Below are positions 23,424 to 32,655 of a stretch of DNA of 64,000 bases, piece after piece. The stretch lies in the NCBI GenBank assembly GCA_964291395.2, contig OZ219858.1, positions 192,001 to 256,000 on the forward strand. Direction: 5' to 3'. Made by a program: the position numbers and the translations under genes. A model generated the notes under the pieces. It was not told where the DNA came from and did not search any database. It was given only the letters and a program-made list of their open reading frames with translations. This DNA comes from Alphaproteobacteria bacterium. GTDB taxonomy: Bacteria > Pseudomonadota > Alphaproteobacteria > UBA2966. Each line of letters opens with the position of its first letter. Positions within the stretch are counted from its first letter, which is position 1.

Positions 23424-24284
23424 ATGCAGGATTGGCTGGCGGTCCATGAACCGGAAATCCGGCTCAGCACCTTTCTGTCGGTTCTCATTGCGATGATGAT
23501 CTGGGAAGTTGCGTCCCCGCGACGGCAACCTTCCCAGGGACGGGGTGGCCGTTGGACCGCCAACCTGCTGATGGTCGCCATCAATACCGGGGTCTTGAGA
23601 GTCGCGTTCCCGATCCTGGCGGTGGGCACGGCGGAGGTTGCGTCGGCACAGAACTGGGGGTTGCTGCATGCTTGGGCGCTCTCCCCATGGATATCCGTGC
23701 CCATCGCGGTGCTGGCGCTCGATTGTCTGATCTACGGCCAGCACGTGCTGTTTCATTCCGTGTCGCCGCTCTGGCGTCTCCACATGATGCACCACAGCGA
23801 CCTCGACTTCGATACGACAACCGGCGTGCGGTTTCATCCAATCGAAATCGTCATCTCGATGGGTATCAAGATGATAGCGGTCCTGGCGCTTGGGTTGCCA
23901 CCGGAGGCCGTCATTCTGTTCGAAGTCCTGTTGAACGGGACGTCGCTGTTCAACCACGGCAATGTGCGATTGCCCGACGGTGTCGACCGCGTGCTTCGCC
24001 TGTTCTTGGTGACACCGGACATGCATCGGGTCCATCACTCCATCCACAAGGCGGAGACGAACAGCAACTTCGGATTCAATTTTCCCTGGTGGGACCGGCT
24101 ATTCGGCACGTATCGCGCACAGCCGGCGGCAGGGCACACGGAAATGACCATCGGCCTGGAGCAATTTCGGGAACCATCCCGGCTTAGCGTGTACCGTCTG
24201 TTGCTGATGCCGTTCGTCGGCCCGACCGGCAGCTATCCGATCGCGCGAAAGGCCGGAGACGCGGGTCCGGCCGAGCGGACATAG
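23424..24284 (+). CDS. Sterol desaturase / fatty acid hydroxylase family membrane protein
   Basis: His boxes HVLFH, HMMHHSD, RFHP, HRVHH; SNFG..WDRLFGT. Confidence 0.88.
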   Translation: MQDWLAVHEPEIRLSTFLSVLIAMMIWEVASPRRQPSQGRGGRWTANLLMVAINTGVLRVAFPILAVGTAEVASAQNWGLLHAWALSPWISVPIAVLALDCLIYGQHVLFHSVSPLWRLHMMHHSDLDFDTTTGVRFHPIEIVISMGIKMIAVLALGLPPEAVILFEVLLNGTSLFNHGNVRLPDGVDRVLRLFLVTPDMHRVHHSIHKAETNSNFGFNFPWWDRLFGTYRAQPAAGHTEMTIGLEQFREPSRLSVYRLLLMPFVGPTGSYPIARKAGDAGPAERT

Positions 24285-24387
24285 CCGGCGGAACGATGGA
24301 GCAGAGGCAAATTCCGGATCCGGTTTGGGCCAGCAATTCAAGCCGACATCGATCAGAGCGGGAATAAATATTCTCTTTCAATGTCTT

Positions 24388-24401
24388 GGAAGAATTCTTC
24401 C
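24388..24401. promoter_or_regulatory. Perfect 14-bp palindrome upstream of the Fic module (possible operator)
   Basis: GGAAGAATTCTTCC is its own reverse complement. Confidence 0.35.
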
Positions 24402-24488
24402 TAGTGCGTTGACCGTCGAGTCCTTGAAGACTACTGTTTGGAGTTTAGACTACGGAACTCTTGCCGATGATTGAGAAAGAGGGGTCAT

Positions 24489-24665
24489 ATGCCAGATGAA
24501 CTAAATAAACTGATCGAAAGATCAAAGTCAGTAAGCATGACTCCCAAAGAAAAAGAAGAACAACGGCGCAGTTTTGCCTATGGGAACTCGAAAATCGAGA
24601 ACGACCGGATAACAAGGGAAACCATCGATCGAGAGGCAGAACTGATGAGACAGAATGAGCGGTAA
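24489..24665 (+). CDS. Small protein (58 aa), putative FicA/VbhA-like antitoxin
   Basis: SD-like GAGGGG before ATG; 11-nt overlap with fic; QRRSFAYGNSKIEN resembles the (S/T)xxxE(G/N) inhibitory motif. Confidence 0.65.
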   Translation: MPDELNKLIERSKSVSMTPKEKEEQRRSFAYGNSKIENDRITRETIDREAELMRQNER

Positions 24666-25323
24666 TACCGACCAACCGATACGGGAGAGTACGCCCGAAA
24701 CAGTCGAACTTCCCATCGATCCGGAAGCAATTGCCAGGAACGAGGCGAGGAACGCGCTTCGTCAATTCGATGCGGTCACCGAACTCATCGAATCCTCGTT
24801 GAAATCGGATGGCCCGTTCAGATTGCGGCCATCGACGACACTTGAGCTCAATAGACTAGCGATTGACGGAGTGAATGAGTACGCGGGGGTCTATCGCCCG
24901 CATGAAATCGGGATAAAGGGAAGCAAGCACAAACCACCCCCACGAAACCAAGTCCCTCGTCTCGTGGAAGAGATGTGCGACTACGTCAATGACAATTGGG
25001 ACTCCGCGTCGCCAATCCATCTTGCTGCGTACCTGTTGTGGCGAGTGAATTGGATCCACCCTTTCTCCGACGGTAACGGAAGGACGGCAAGGGCTCTCAG
25101 TTACATAGTGCTTTCAATTCGGCTCGGGCATCTGCTTCCCGGCTCCAGGACCATTCCCGAACAAATTTCGGAGGACAAGTTTCCGTACTACGACGCCCTG
25201 GAGGCCGCTGATGCAGCTCAGAACAAAGGAGACATCGACCTGACCGAACTCGAGAAAATGTTGAGCGATATGCTCGCGGCGCAGTTGCTACATCTTCACG
25301 AGCAGGCAACAGGCGGCGCTTAG
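24655..25323 (+). CDS. Fic-domain protein (putative AMPylating toxin)
   Basis: Canonical HPFSDGNGRTAR motif, GVYR flap, YYDALEAAD. Confidence 0.92.
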   Translation: MSGNTDQPIRESTPETVELPIDPEAIARNEARNALRQFDAVTELIESSLKSDGPFRLRPSTTLELNRLAIDGVNEYAGVYRPHEIGIKGSKHKPPPRNQVPRLVEEMCDYVNDNWDSASPIHLAAYLLWRVNWIHPFSDGNGRTARALSYIVLSIRLGHLLPGSRTIPEQISEDKFPYYDALEAADAAQNKGDIDLTELEKMLSDMLAAQLLHLHEQATGGA

Positions 25324-25414
25324 GTAAAGCCTTGATGGCTGTAAGTCCATCATTTATCCGAGACAGTTCGTCTCACTGACCTCCTGCCCAAGTAGCCGGA
25401 CCAGGGAAGTCAAA

Positions 25415-25852
25415 ATGAAGTTGAGAACCAGCGAACCGTGGATGCCAGCACCGGAATACGGCCGGTCCTTGTCGGGCTTGACCGTGAACCTGCTGGTCCG
25501 CGACATCGAGACGGCGCTCGCGTTCCAGCGCGAGGTACTGGGCGCGGAAATCGTCTACAGCGACCCGGATTTCGCGGTCCTGCGGTCTCGCGACGCGGAA
25601 TGGATGCTGCATGCGGATCACACCTATCAGGACCATCCGCTCTACGGCAGTCTGAGTGGTGAACTCGCCCGAGGGATCGGCAGCGAATTGCGCCTGCATG
25701 GCCGTGATCCCGACGAAGCGGAGCAGGCTGCGCGCGAGCACGGGTATACCGTCCTCGACGGTGCCAGCGACAAGCCGCACGGACTTCGTGAAGCCTACAT
25801 CGTGGATCCCGATGGCTACCTGTGGGTCCCCGATGTCCCGTCATCGGATTAG
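25415..25852 (+). CDS. VOC/glyoxalase-bleomycin resistance family protein
   Basis: NLLVRDIETALAF, DKPHGLREAYIVDPDGYLW. Confidence 0.82.
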   Translation: MKLRTSEPWMPAPEYGRSLSGLTVNLLVRDIETALAFQREVLGAEIVYSDPDFAVLRSRDAEWMLHADHTYQDHPLYGSLSGELARGIGSELRLHGRDPDEAEQAAREHGYTVLDGASDKPHGLREAYIVDPDGYLWVPDVPSSD

Positions 25853-25867
25853 CGCCAAGGAGACCCG

Positions 25868-27061
25868 CTAGAGGGAGATCGTGTTTCCGTCCCAACGTCG
25901 CGCCAACAGCACCGCACAACCGGCGCCGACCAGGGCCATCATGCCCATGAACAGGAACGCGCCGCCGCCAAACTGGGCATACAGGTATCCCGCCAGCGGC
26001 ATCGTTACACCGAAGCCAACCCCTGTGCCGAGCGCCGAATAGATCGACTGGGCCGAGGCGGACAGGTTCGGCGGCGCCGCCCGGGCGATGAAGTGGACGG
26101 CACCGAGATGGGTGGCTGCGAACGTGAAGGCGTGCAGAGCTTGAACCACCAAAAGCGGCACGAGGTCGGCGGTCAGTCCGGTGACACCCCACCGCAACGC
26201 ACCCGCAAGTCCGGCTACGACCATCAGCCGGACCGGCCCAAGACGAGCGAGAAGCGTCGCACCAAAGATGAACAATACCACCTCCGCGATGACGCCCTCC
26301 GCCCACAGCCATCCGATCATCACGTCGGAGTGCCCGGCCGAACGCCAGTAGAGGGTGGCGAAACCGTAATAGACCGCGTGACTTGACTGTATGAGGCTTG
26401 CACCGGCGAGAAATAGGACGAACACCGGATTACGCAACAGCCGGAACGATATCGATTTCCTCTCGTGCGCGGTCGGCCAACGGGCATCGGGGAGGAGAAA
26501 CGTCGACAGCCAAGTGGCGGCCACTGCCATCAACACCATCGCGAGAACCCATCCCTCGGGACGGCCTTCAAGAACGCGGCCACCCAGAATCGCGGCTACG
26601 ATGAAACTGATGGACCCCCACAATCGTACACGTCCGTACTGCAACTCCCGTTCGCTGGCGACACGTACGGTCAAATTGTCGGAAAGCGGGAACAGCGATG
26701 AGAGTGCAAAGCCGAACAGGCCTGAGATCAAGAGCAGCGTCCAGAAGTCGGCCGCCATCGCGAAGAGCATGGCGAACACGAGGCTCGCACCCGCCAGAGC
26801 GATCATCGGACGCCGCCTGTCGCCCCGACGATCCACGACGTGCCCGACGAGCGGATTTGCGAACACCTTGACCCACGTGCCAACCGCGAGCAGGAAGCCG
26901 ATCTCCGCCGTTGTCATTCCCCGGCTTTCCAACCATATCGGCCAGAAAGGCAGATAGACCCCGATGATCAGGAACAGGCACCAATAGAACAGCGAGAGGC
27001 GAGCGCCGGGACCCGGGCGAAAATCATCCGGCAAACGGATCGTGAATCCCGTTGGGTACAT
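25868..27061 (-). CDS. MFS transporter, HcaT (3-phenylpropionate permease)-like
   Basis: GVYLPFWPIWL, YGRVRLWGSISF, SHAVYYGF, QALHAFTF; multiple hydrophobic helices. Confidence 0.85.
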   Translation of the reverse strand: MYPTGFTIRLPDDFRPGPGARLSLFYWCLFLIIGVYLPFWPIWLESRGMTTAEIGFLLAVGTWVKVFANPLVGHVVDRRGDRRRPMIALAGASLVFAMLFAMAADFWTLLLISGLFGFALSSLFPLSDNLTVRVASERELQYGRVRLWGSISFIVAAILGGRVLEGRPEGWVLAMVLMAVAATWLSTFLLPDARWPTAHERKSISFRLLRNPVFVLFLAGASLIQSSHAVYYGFATLYWRSAGHSDVMIGWLWAEGVIAEVVLFIFGATLLARLGPVRLMVVAGLAGALRWGVTGLTADLVPLLVVQALHAFTFAATHLGAVHFIARAAPPNLSASAQSIYSALGTGVGFGVTMPLAGYLYAQFGGGAFLFMGMMALVGAGCAVLLARRWDGNTISL

Positions 27062-27131
27062 GCGGTGCGTCTATCGCCCCATCGAATAGGAGGGCGGAGA
27101 CCTCATGTACCGGCGCATCCGGGTCGCGCGG

Positions 27132-28922
27132 CTACTCTCCCGCTATGGACTCGGGGAGGAATCGCTCCCCGTAGGCCGGCGTCTTCTCGGGCAGCGGAGG
27201 ATACTGGGACGCCCCGGTGGGTACCGGCCTGATATCGCCGTCGACGTGGGCATCGATGAGACAGGGCTTCCCGAGGCCGAGCGCGTGTTCCAATGCGCCG
27301 GCAAAGTCCTTGTTGTGCGTCACGGTGATGCCTTCACACCCGGCGGCACGCGCCATCATGGCAAAGTCCGGGTTGTAGCGTTCCCCATCCTTGTAGAACA
27401 GCGTGCCAAGCTCCCGGCCCTGGAACATCCCAAGCTGAATGTCCCGGATGGATGTCCAACCGAAGTTGTTCCACACCACCCAAACTACCGCGATGTTGTA
27501 TTCGACCGCCGTCGCCACGACGTGGGGCGTCATCATGAAACTCCCGTCCCCCACAACCGCGACACACTCCCGTTCGGGCGCTGCGAGTTTGGCGCCCAGC
27601 GCGCCACTGGTCCCGAACCCCATGGCCCCGAACCCGAACGCGTTGAGCATCGATTGGGGACGACGAGCCTCCCACAACTGAACGAACCAGTTGTGGTGGG
27701 CCCCGACATCGAGCACCAGGATACCATCGTCCGGGAGCACGCTCCGGACGTCACGAACGATGCCCTCGGGCGTGGCCGGAGAAGCGCTTTCCTCGAACTT
27801 CGGCGCAAGAAATCTTTCCCACTCGCTTTTCCAGGACTGGATCTCGGCACGCCAAGCGGCGGTCCGTGCCGGATCCGGGGCACTCCGCCGACCCACCTCC
27901 TCGAGCAACTGCCGAAGGAAGGTTCTGGCGTCGGCGATGACGCCCACTTCCGCGGGGTATGCCCGGCCAAGCTCTCCCGGATCGATGTCGACATGGATGA
28001 GTTTGGTCGGGGGAATATTCCAGGAATAGCCGGGCAGCCAACTGGATGACGATCGGTCGTCGAAGTGGACGCCGACGGCGAGCAGCACATCGCAATGCCG
28101 ACCGGCCTGATTGGCCTGATAGGCGCCGTTGCGGCCATTGTGGCCGACATAGAGGGGATCGCGCGCGTCGACGACTCCCATGCCATTGGGCATCGACCCT
28201 ACGGGGAACTGGAGCGTTTGAACAAGCTCGACCAGCTCGGCACCCGCTTCGGATAACGCGACCCCGTGGCCGACGTAAATCAGCGGCTTCTCCGCCGCAT
28301 ACAGGAGATCCGCGATCCGTCGAATCTCCTCCGGCGACGCACCTGGACGCCCGGCCAGGGCATGCCGGTTGGAAGGTTCGTAGCTGACATCATCCGCCTC
28401 CTGGAAAACGTTGTAGGGCACGTCGACGCAGACCGGTCCCGGCCGGCCGCTGGTCGCCACGGTCATGGCTTGGCGCATGGCCAGAGGCAGCATGTCCACC
28501 CGCGTCGGCTGCAGGCACCTCTTCACGTACGGCTTGACGCTCGACGGGAAATCTGCGGGCTGATGGCGGTAGATCTCCTGGAATGCCCCCAACCCAAAAT
28601 GCTGGGTGGGAACATTTGCCGTGATGGCCAGATAGGCGGACGAGTCGAGAAATGCGTTCGCGAGGGGCAGCATCATGTTGACGGAACCCGGACCACAGGA
28701 CGTGAGCGTTGCAACCGGCGAATGCCGGACCCGCCAATAGGCGTCGGCCATGTGGCCCGCGGTTTGCTCGTGGCGCGGAGAGATCAACTTGATCTCGCTC
28801 TGTCGCTCGTACATGGCATCGAGAATACCGACGTTTCCATGTCCGCAGACTCCGAAGACGTACGGCACCCCCTCCCGGATCAGGAAATCAACGATGTATT
28901 CGCCGCCTTTCATGTTGGGCAT
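27132..28922 (-). CDS. Thiamine-diphosphate-dependent enzyme (acetolactate synthase/IolD-like superfamily)
   Basis: FGVCGHGNVG, RHEQ, SGRPGPV, GAMGFG, GDGSF..WNN ThDP motif. Confidence 0.9.
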   Translation of the reverse strand: MPNMKGGEYIVDFLIREGVPYVFGVCGHGNVGILDAMYERQSEIKLISPRHEQTAGHMADAYWRVRHSPVATLTSCGPGSVNMMLPLANAFLDSSAYLAITANVPTQHFGLGAFQEIYRHQPADFPSSVKPYVKRCLQPTRVDMLPLAMRQAMTVATSGRPGPVCVDVPYNVFQEADDVSYEPSNRHALAGRPGASPEEIRRIADLLYAAEKPLIYVGHGVALSEAGAELVELVQTLQFPVGSMPNGMGVVDARDPLYVGHNGRNGAYQANQAGRHCDVLLAVGVHFDDRSSSSWLPGYSWNIPPTKLIHVDIDPGELGRAYPAEVGVIADARTFLRQLLEEVGRRSAPDPARTAAWRAEIQSWKSEWERFLAPKFEESASPATPEGIVRDVRSVLPDDGILVLDVGAHHNWFVQLWEARRPQSMLNAFGFGAMGFGTSGALGAKLAAPERECVAVVGDGSFMMTPHVVATAVEYNIAVVWVVWNNFGWTSIRDIQLGMFQGRELGTLFYKDGERYNPDFAMMARAAGCEGITVTHNKDFAGALEHALGLGKPCLIDAHVDGDIRPVPTGASQYPPLPEKTPAYGERFLPESIAGE

Positions 28923-28979
28923 CCATGTCTACCTTTCTTGCTCGCGTTTCCCAGGCTGCGCCGTTCCGAAACGGGCCAG

Positions 28980-29282
28980 TCAGGACTCCGGAAACTCCTC
29001 CCAGAACCACCACTCCCGGCCGACGACCCAGTCGTCGATCTCTGCTCTCAACTCCTTGAAGTGGGGGGAGTTGCGGTGCGCCTTGTCCGCTGCTTGATCG
29101 GCATACACCTCGAACATCATAAAGCGCGTGGGATCATCGCGGTCCTGAAGCGTACGAAACACCAAACATCCTTCCTCGTCCGCCAGGCTGGTCATCGCGT
29201 GGCGCCGTATCCGCTCTTTGAATCGATCAACGTATTGCGGTTTCAGCACCAAGTGCGCCGTATGTACGTAAGACATCGTCAT
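28980..29282 (-). CDS. Antibiotic-biosynthesis-monooxygenase (LsrG/putative quinol monooxygenase) family protein
   Basis: EEGCLVF, RFMMFEVY, AHRNSPHF. Confidence 0.82.
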   Translation of the reverse strand: MTMSYVHTAHLVLKPQYVDRFKERIRRHAMTSLADEEGCLVFRTLQDRDDPTRFMMFEVYADQAADKAHRNSPHFKELRAEIDDWVVGREWWFWEEFPES

Positions 29283-29308
29283 CCCTTCAAAATCGGTCCC
29301 AAACGCGT

Positions 29309-30124
29309 CTACCAACCCATCGCGCCCAATTTCTCGATTCCCTCCGGAAAATCCACATCGGGTTCGGACGATATGATCTCGAGTACCACCGGCCCGTCAT
29401 ACCCGACCCGTTGCAACGCTTCGGCCACTTCCTGGAAAGGAACGTCGCCCTTCCCGATGGGATCGTGGCGAAACTCCTCCGTCGTCGTATCCGAGATGTG
29501 CACCAGCTTCATTCGCGATTCCACGAGCGCGATATCGGCGGCAGGATCGTCCTTGGCGAACACGCCGTTGGCCACGTCGTAGATGATTGCCAGGGAGTCG
29601 CCGTATCCTAACTCGTCCAGAACCGTCATCAGGTCCGCAGCCTTGGGAAGCCACGTGTAAGGGATGTTTTCGAATAGCAGATTCGTTTGCGCGCGTTCCG
29701 CCTCGGGCACCAGGCGATCAAGGCTCTCCTTGAGCCAATCCATCATGCGCTCTCGAGGCGCTGCCAGCAGCGGTCGCGCAAGACCCGGTGAAATGACTAC
29801 CCCCGGTACGCCCCACTCTCCCGCCAGTTCGACGATGCCGCCGAGATAGCGGCAGGTGTGATCACGCATCTCTCGGGACGGACTCACAACGTTGTTGTCC
29901 CAGCCGCCGGGATTGAAAGACGTGAATGCAAGCCCCCGGTCGCTGAGCAGCTTGCCGATGGCCTTTCGTGCCGGGGCATCGAGTTCCGTCGTCCACAGGT
30001 GCCCCGGCGTCATGATCGCCTCAAATCGCGTATGTCCCTGATCCGCAAGGTGATTGAGGCAGTCTTCGATCTTGTGGGTCCAGATCCAAGAGAACGTATT
30101 TATAGAGAAGCTCGTATTCGCCAT
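29309..30124 (-). CDS. Sugar phosphate isomerase/epimerase (xylose-isomerase-like TIM barrel)
   Basis: FEN, YDVAN, VHISD, PIGKGDVPF, GYDGPVVLE metal-binding pattern. Confidence 0.85.
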   Translation of the reverse strand: MANTSFSINTFSWIWTHKIEDCLNHLADQGHTRFEAIMTPGHLWTTELDAPARKAIGKLLSDRGLAFTSFNPGGWDNNVVSPSREMRDHTCRYLGGIVELAGEWGVPGVVISPGLARPLLAAPRERMMDWLKESLDRLVPEAERAQTNLLFENIPYTWLPKAADLMTVLDELGYGDSLAIIYDVANGVFAKDDPAADIALVESRMKLVHISDTTTEEFRHDPIGKGDVPFQEVAEALQRVGYDGPVVLEIISSEPDVDFPEGIEKLGAMGW

Positions 30125-30312
30125 TCCGTCCCCCCTGCTCGACCACGGCGCATTGACGCTTTTTCCTTCACGCGCCGCCCCACCGAAACCTGATCCCAGT
30201 ATAGCGACCTGCTCCGCTTGGCTGTATTTGAGCCCACAACCAAGCTTGTCATGGCTCGCACTCAGACGTTAGAACCCCTGGCGACCCAACGACACGGGTG
30301 GTTTTCGGTTGA

Positions 30313-30843
30313 ATGTCCAAAACACTGCTCCTCATGCGCCACGCCAAGTCAAGCTGGGACGATCCCACTCTTGACGACTTCGACCGACCGCTCAATGCAA
30401 GGGGTCAAAAGGCCGCCCCGCGCATGGGCGGCTACATCGAAAGCAACGGCTTGATTCCGGATCTCGTCGTGTGCTCCACCGCACGCCGCACCGGCGAAAC
30501 ATGGAAGCTCATGCAGAAATCGATCGGCGACGAGGTTCAGTCCAAGATGATGAAGAGTCTGTACCTGGCGTCCCCCAGCCAACTCCTGCGGGTGATTCAT
30601 CGCGTACCCGATGGAATTGGGCGCCTCCTCGTGATTGCCCACAATCCGGGAATACAGGAGTTGGCAGTGCGGCTCGAAGCGGGATCTGACGACGAGCGCA
30701 CTCGTGCTCAGCCCAGCGAGGTGCGCGCGAAATTTCCGACGGCCGCACTTGCCATCCTGTCCGTCGACGCGCGTTCCTGGTCCGAGACCGCGTATGGACA
30801 GGCGCAACTCGTGGATTTCGTCCGCCCCCGGCAACTGCGATAG
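30313..30843 (+). CDS. sixA: SixA-type histidine phosphatase
   Basis: LMRHAKSSW, DFDRPLNARG, HNPG, FPTAA. Confidence 0.85.
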   Translation: MSKTLLLMRHAKSSWDDPTLDDFDRPLNARGQKAAPRMGGYIESNGLIPDLVVCSTARRTGETWKLMQKSIGDEVQSKMMKSLYLASPSQLLRVIHRVPDGIGRLLVIAHNPGIQELAVRLEAGSDDERTRAQPSEVRAKFPTAALAILSVDARSWSETAYGQAQLVDFVRPRQLR

Positions 30844-30865
30844 CGCTGTGCGCCATCCCGTCTCC

Positions 30866-31783
30866 GTGGAGGGAACCCCACCTCCCCTCATCGCACATAA
30901 TCGCAGGATTGCAGTCATCTATAACCCGACCGCCGGGCAACGCAAGCGACGGCGCTACACTTCCGTCATGAAGGTTCTTGGCGAACTCGGCGTGTCGGTG
31001 ACCGAACTGCGTACCGGAGGACGCGGTGATGCGGAAAGGCTTGCAACCGGCGTCCAGCCTGGAGAGTTCGACGTGATTGCCGTGGCGGGGGGTGATGGCA
31101 CCATCAACGAAGCCGTAAATGGCCTGCGTGCCGACGCTCCACCACTGGCTATCGTGCCGCTCGGCACGGCGAACGTCCTGGCCGCGGAACTCGGGCTTCG
31201 GATCGACCCGACTCACATTGCCCGTACGATCGCCCGGCAACAGCCCACGGCCATGCACGTGGGAGTCGTCAACGACCGCAAGTTCACGATGATGGCCGGG
31301 ATCGGTATCGACACGCATGTGGTTCGCGACGTATCCCGGACGTTGAAGCGGCTTACGGGAAAAGGGGCGTACGTCTGGCAGGCTCTTGTCGAGCTCATCC
31401 GCTTTCCGTCCTCTGTTTATGGCGTGACCATCGACGGTGTTCGTCACGAGGTGGGTTCCGCCATTTTCGCAAATGGGCACTTCTACAGCGGGCGCTTCAT
31501 CAGCGTCCCGGAAGCCCGTCTGGAGGAGCGGTCCCTGTACGCTTGTTTGCTGGCAGGCCGCGGGGTATGGAACCTCATACGGTACGGCGTAGCGCTGACC
31601 GGAAACCGCCTGACACGTTTGAGCGATGTCTCGACCATTGAGTTCCGAGAGGCGCTGCTCGACGGCCCCGAGGGCGACCCCGTCCACGCGGACGGCGAAA
31701 TCGTCGGGCGTCTACCGGCGATCGTACGTTCTCATCCCAATCCGCTCGATGTATTGCGCCCATTGAATGGTGCCGAGAGCTAG
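30866..31783 (+). CDS. Diacylglycerol/lipid kinase (YegS-like); start approximate
   Basis: YNPTAG, GGDGTINE, PLGTANVLA, ADGE. Confidence 0.88.
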   Translation: MEGTPPPLIAHNRRIAVIYNPTAGQRKRRRYTSVMKVLGELGVSVTELRTGGRGDAERLATGVQPGEFDVIAVAGGDGTINEAVNGLRADAPPLAIVPLGTANVLAAELGLRIDPTHIARTIARQQPTAMHVGVVNDRKFTMMAGIGIDTHVVRDVSRTLKRLTGKGAYVWQALVELIRFPSSVYGVTIDGVRHEVGSAIFANGHFYSGRFISVPEARLEERSLYACLLAGRGVWNLIRYGVALTGNRLTRLSDVSTIEFREALLDGPEGDPVHADGEIVGRLPAIVRSHPNPLDVLRPLNGAES

Positions 31784-31789
31784 TCGACC

Positions 31790-32476
31790 GTGCGCACGCT
31801 CTCGCATGCCCGGGCAAAAAGGTTCTACGACCGATTCGGAACCAGACAGGACCGCAGCACGCTCTACGAGGAACGCCCCCTCGAGCTACTGATCGAGAAC
31901 GCCGAACTAGGCGAGGCGACCGCTGTATTCGAGTTTGGATGCGGTACCGGCCGCCTGGCCGAACGCCTGTTGCGCGATCATTTGTCGGAGCAGACGACCT
32001 ATACGGCCGTGGATGTCAGCGACACCATGTTCGGGTTGGCACGCGAGCGATTGGCGCAGTGGCCATCGCGGACCGAGGTTTACCTAACCACCGGAGAAAT
32101 GGATCTCGAAGTCGATGATTCCAGCTGCGACAGGTTCATTTGTACATACGTATGCGATCTATTGAGCACCAACGACATCCACAAACTACTTGAAGAGGCG
32201 CACCGTATCTTGCGACCGGGCGGATTGTTGTGCCTTGCGTCGTTGACCGCGGCCCATGGATTCGGAGCCAAGCTGGCGACAGGGCTGTGGCGACTCACCT
32301 ACCTGATCAGCCCCGTCCTTGTGGGCGGTTGCCGGCCGATCAGGCTGTGGCGATATATCTACGCGGATTACTGGGAAGCCCGATTTCGCCGCGTCGTGTG
32401 TCCCGGCGGCTTGTGCAGCGAAATTCTCGTTGCGAGCTGCATCAAGGACGGCGAGACGTTGTACGAAGATCGCTGA
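31790..32476 (+). CDS. Class I SAM-dependent methyltransferase
   Basis: FEFGCGTG, VDVS, RILRPGG, GGCRPI. Confidence 0.85.
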   Translation: MRTLSHARAKRFYDRFGTRQDRSTLYEERPLELLIENAELGEATAVFEFGCGTGRLAERLLRDHLSEQTTYTAVDVSDTMFGLARERLAQWPSRTEVYLTTGEMDLEVDDSSCDRFICTYVCDLLSTNDIHKLLEEAHRILRPGGLLCLASLTAAHGFGAKLATGLWRLTYLISPVLVGGCRPIRLWRYIYADYWEARFRRVVCPGGLCSEILVASCIKDGETLYEDR

Positions 32477-32655
32477 TCAGCTTTCGTGAGGGAGCACCGC
32501 GACAGGTTCTCAGGTCCCGGCCACCACGTTATGGTTGCCCATCTCGTATTCGTGCCCAAGCCGCCAACCGCAAGCCGGAAGCACCAAGAACCATTGGCTC
32601 CAGCGCGCCTGATTCTGTAGCGTTGTGGGCCTGATCCCAGGAGATACGACCGAGT

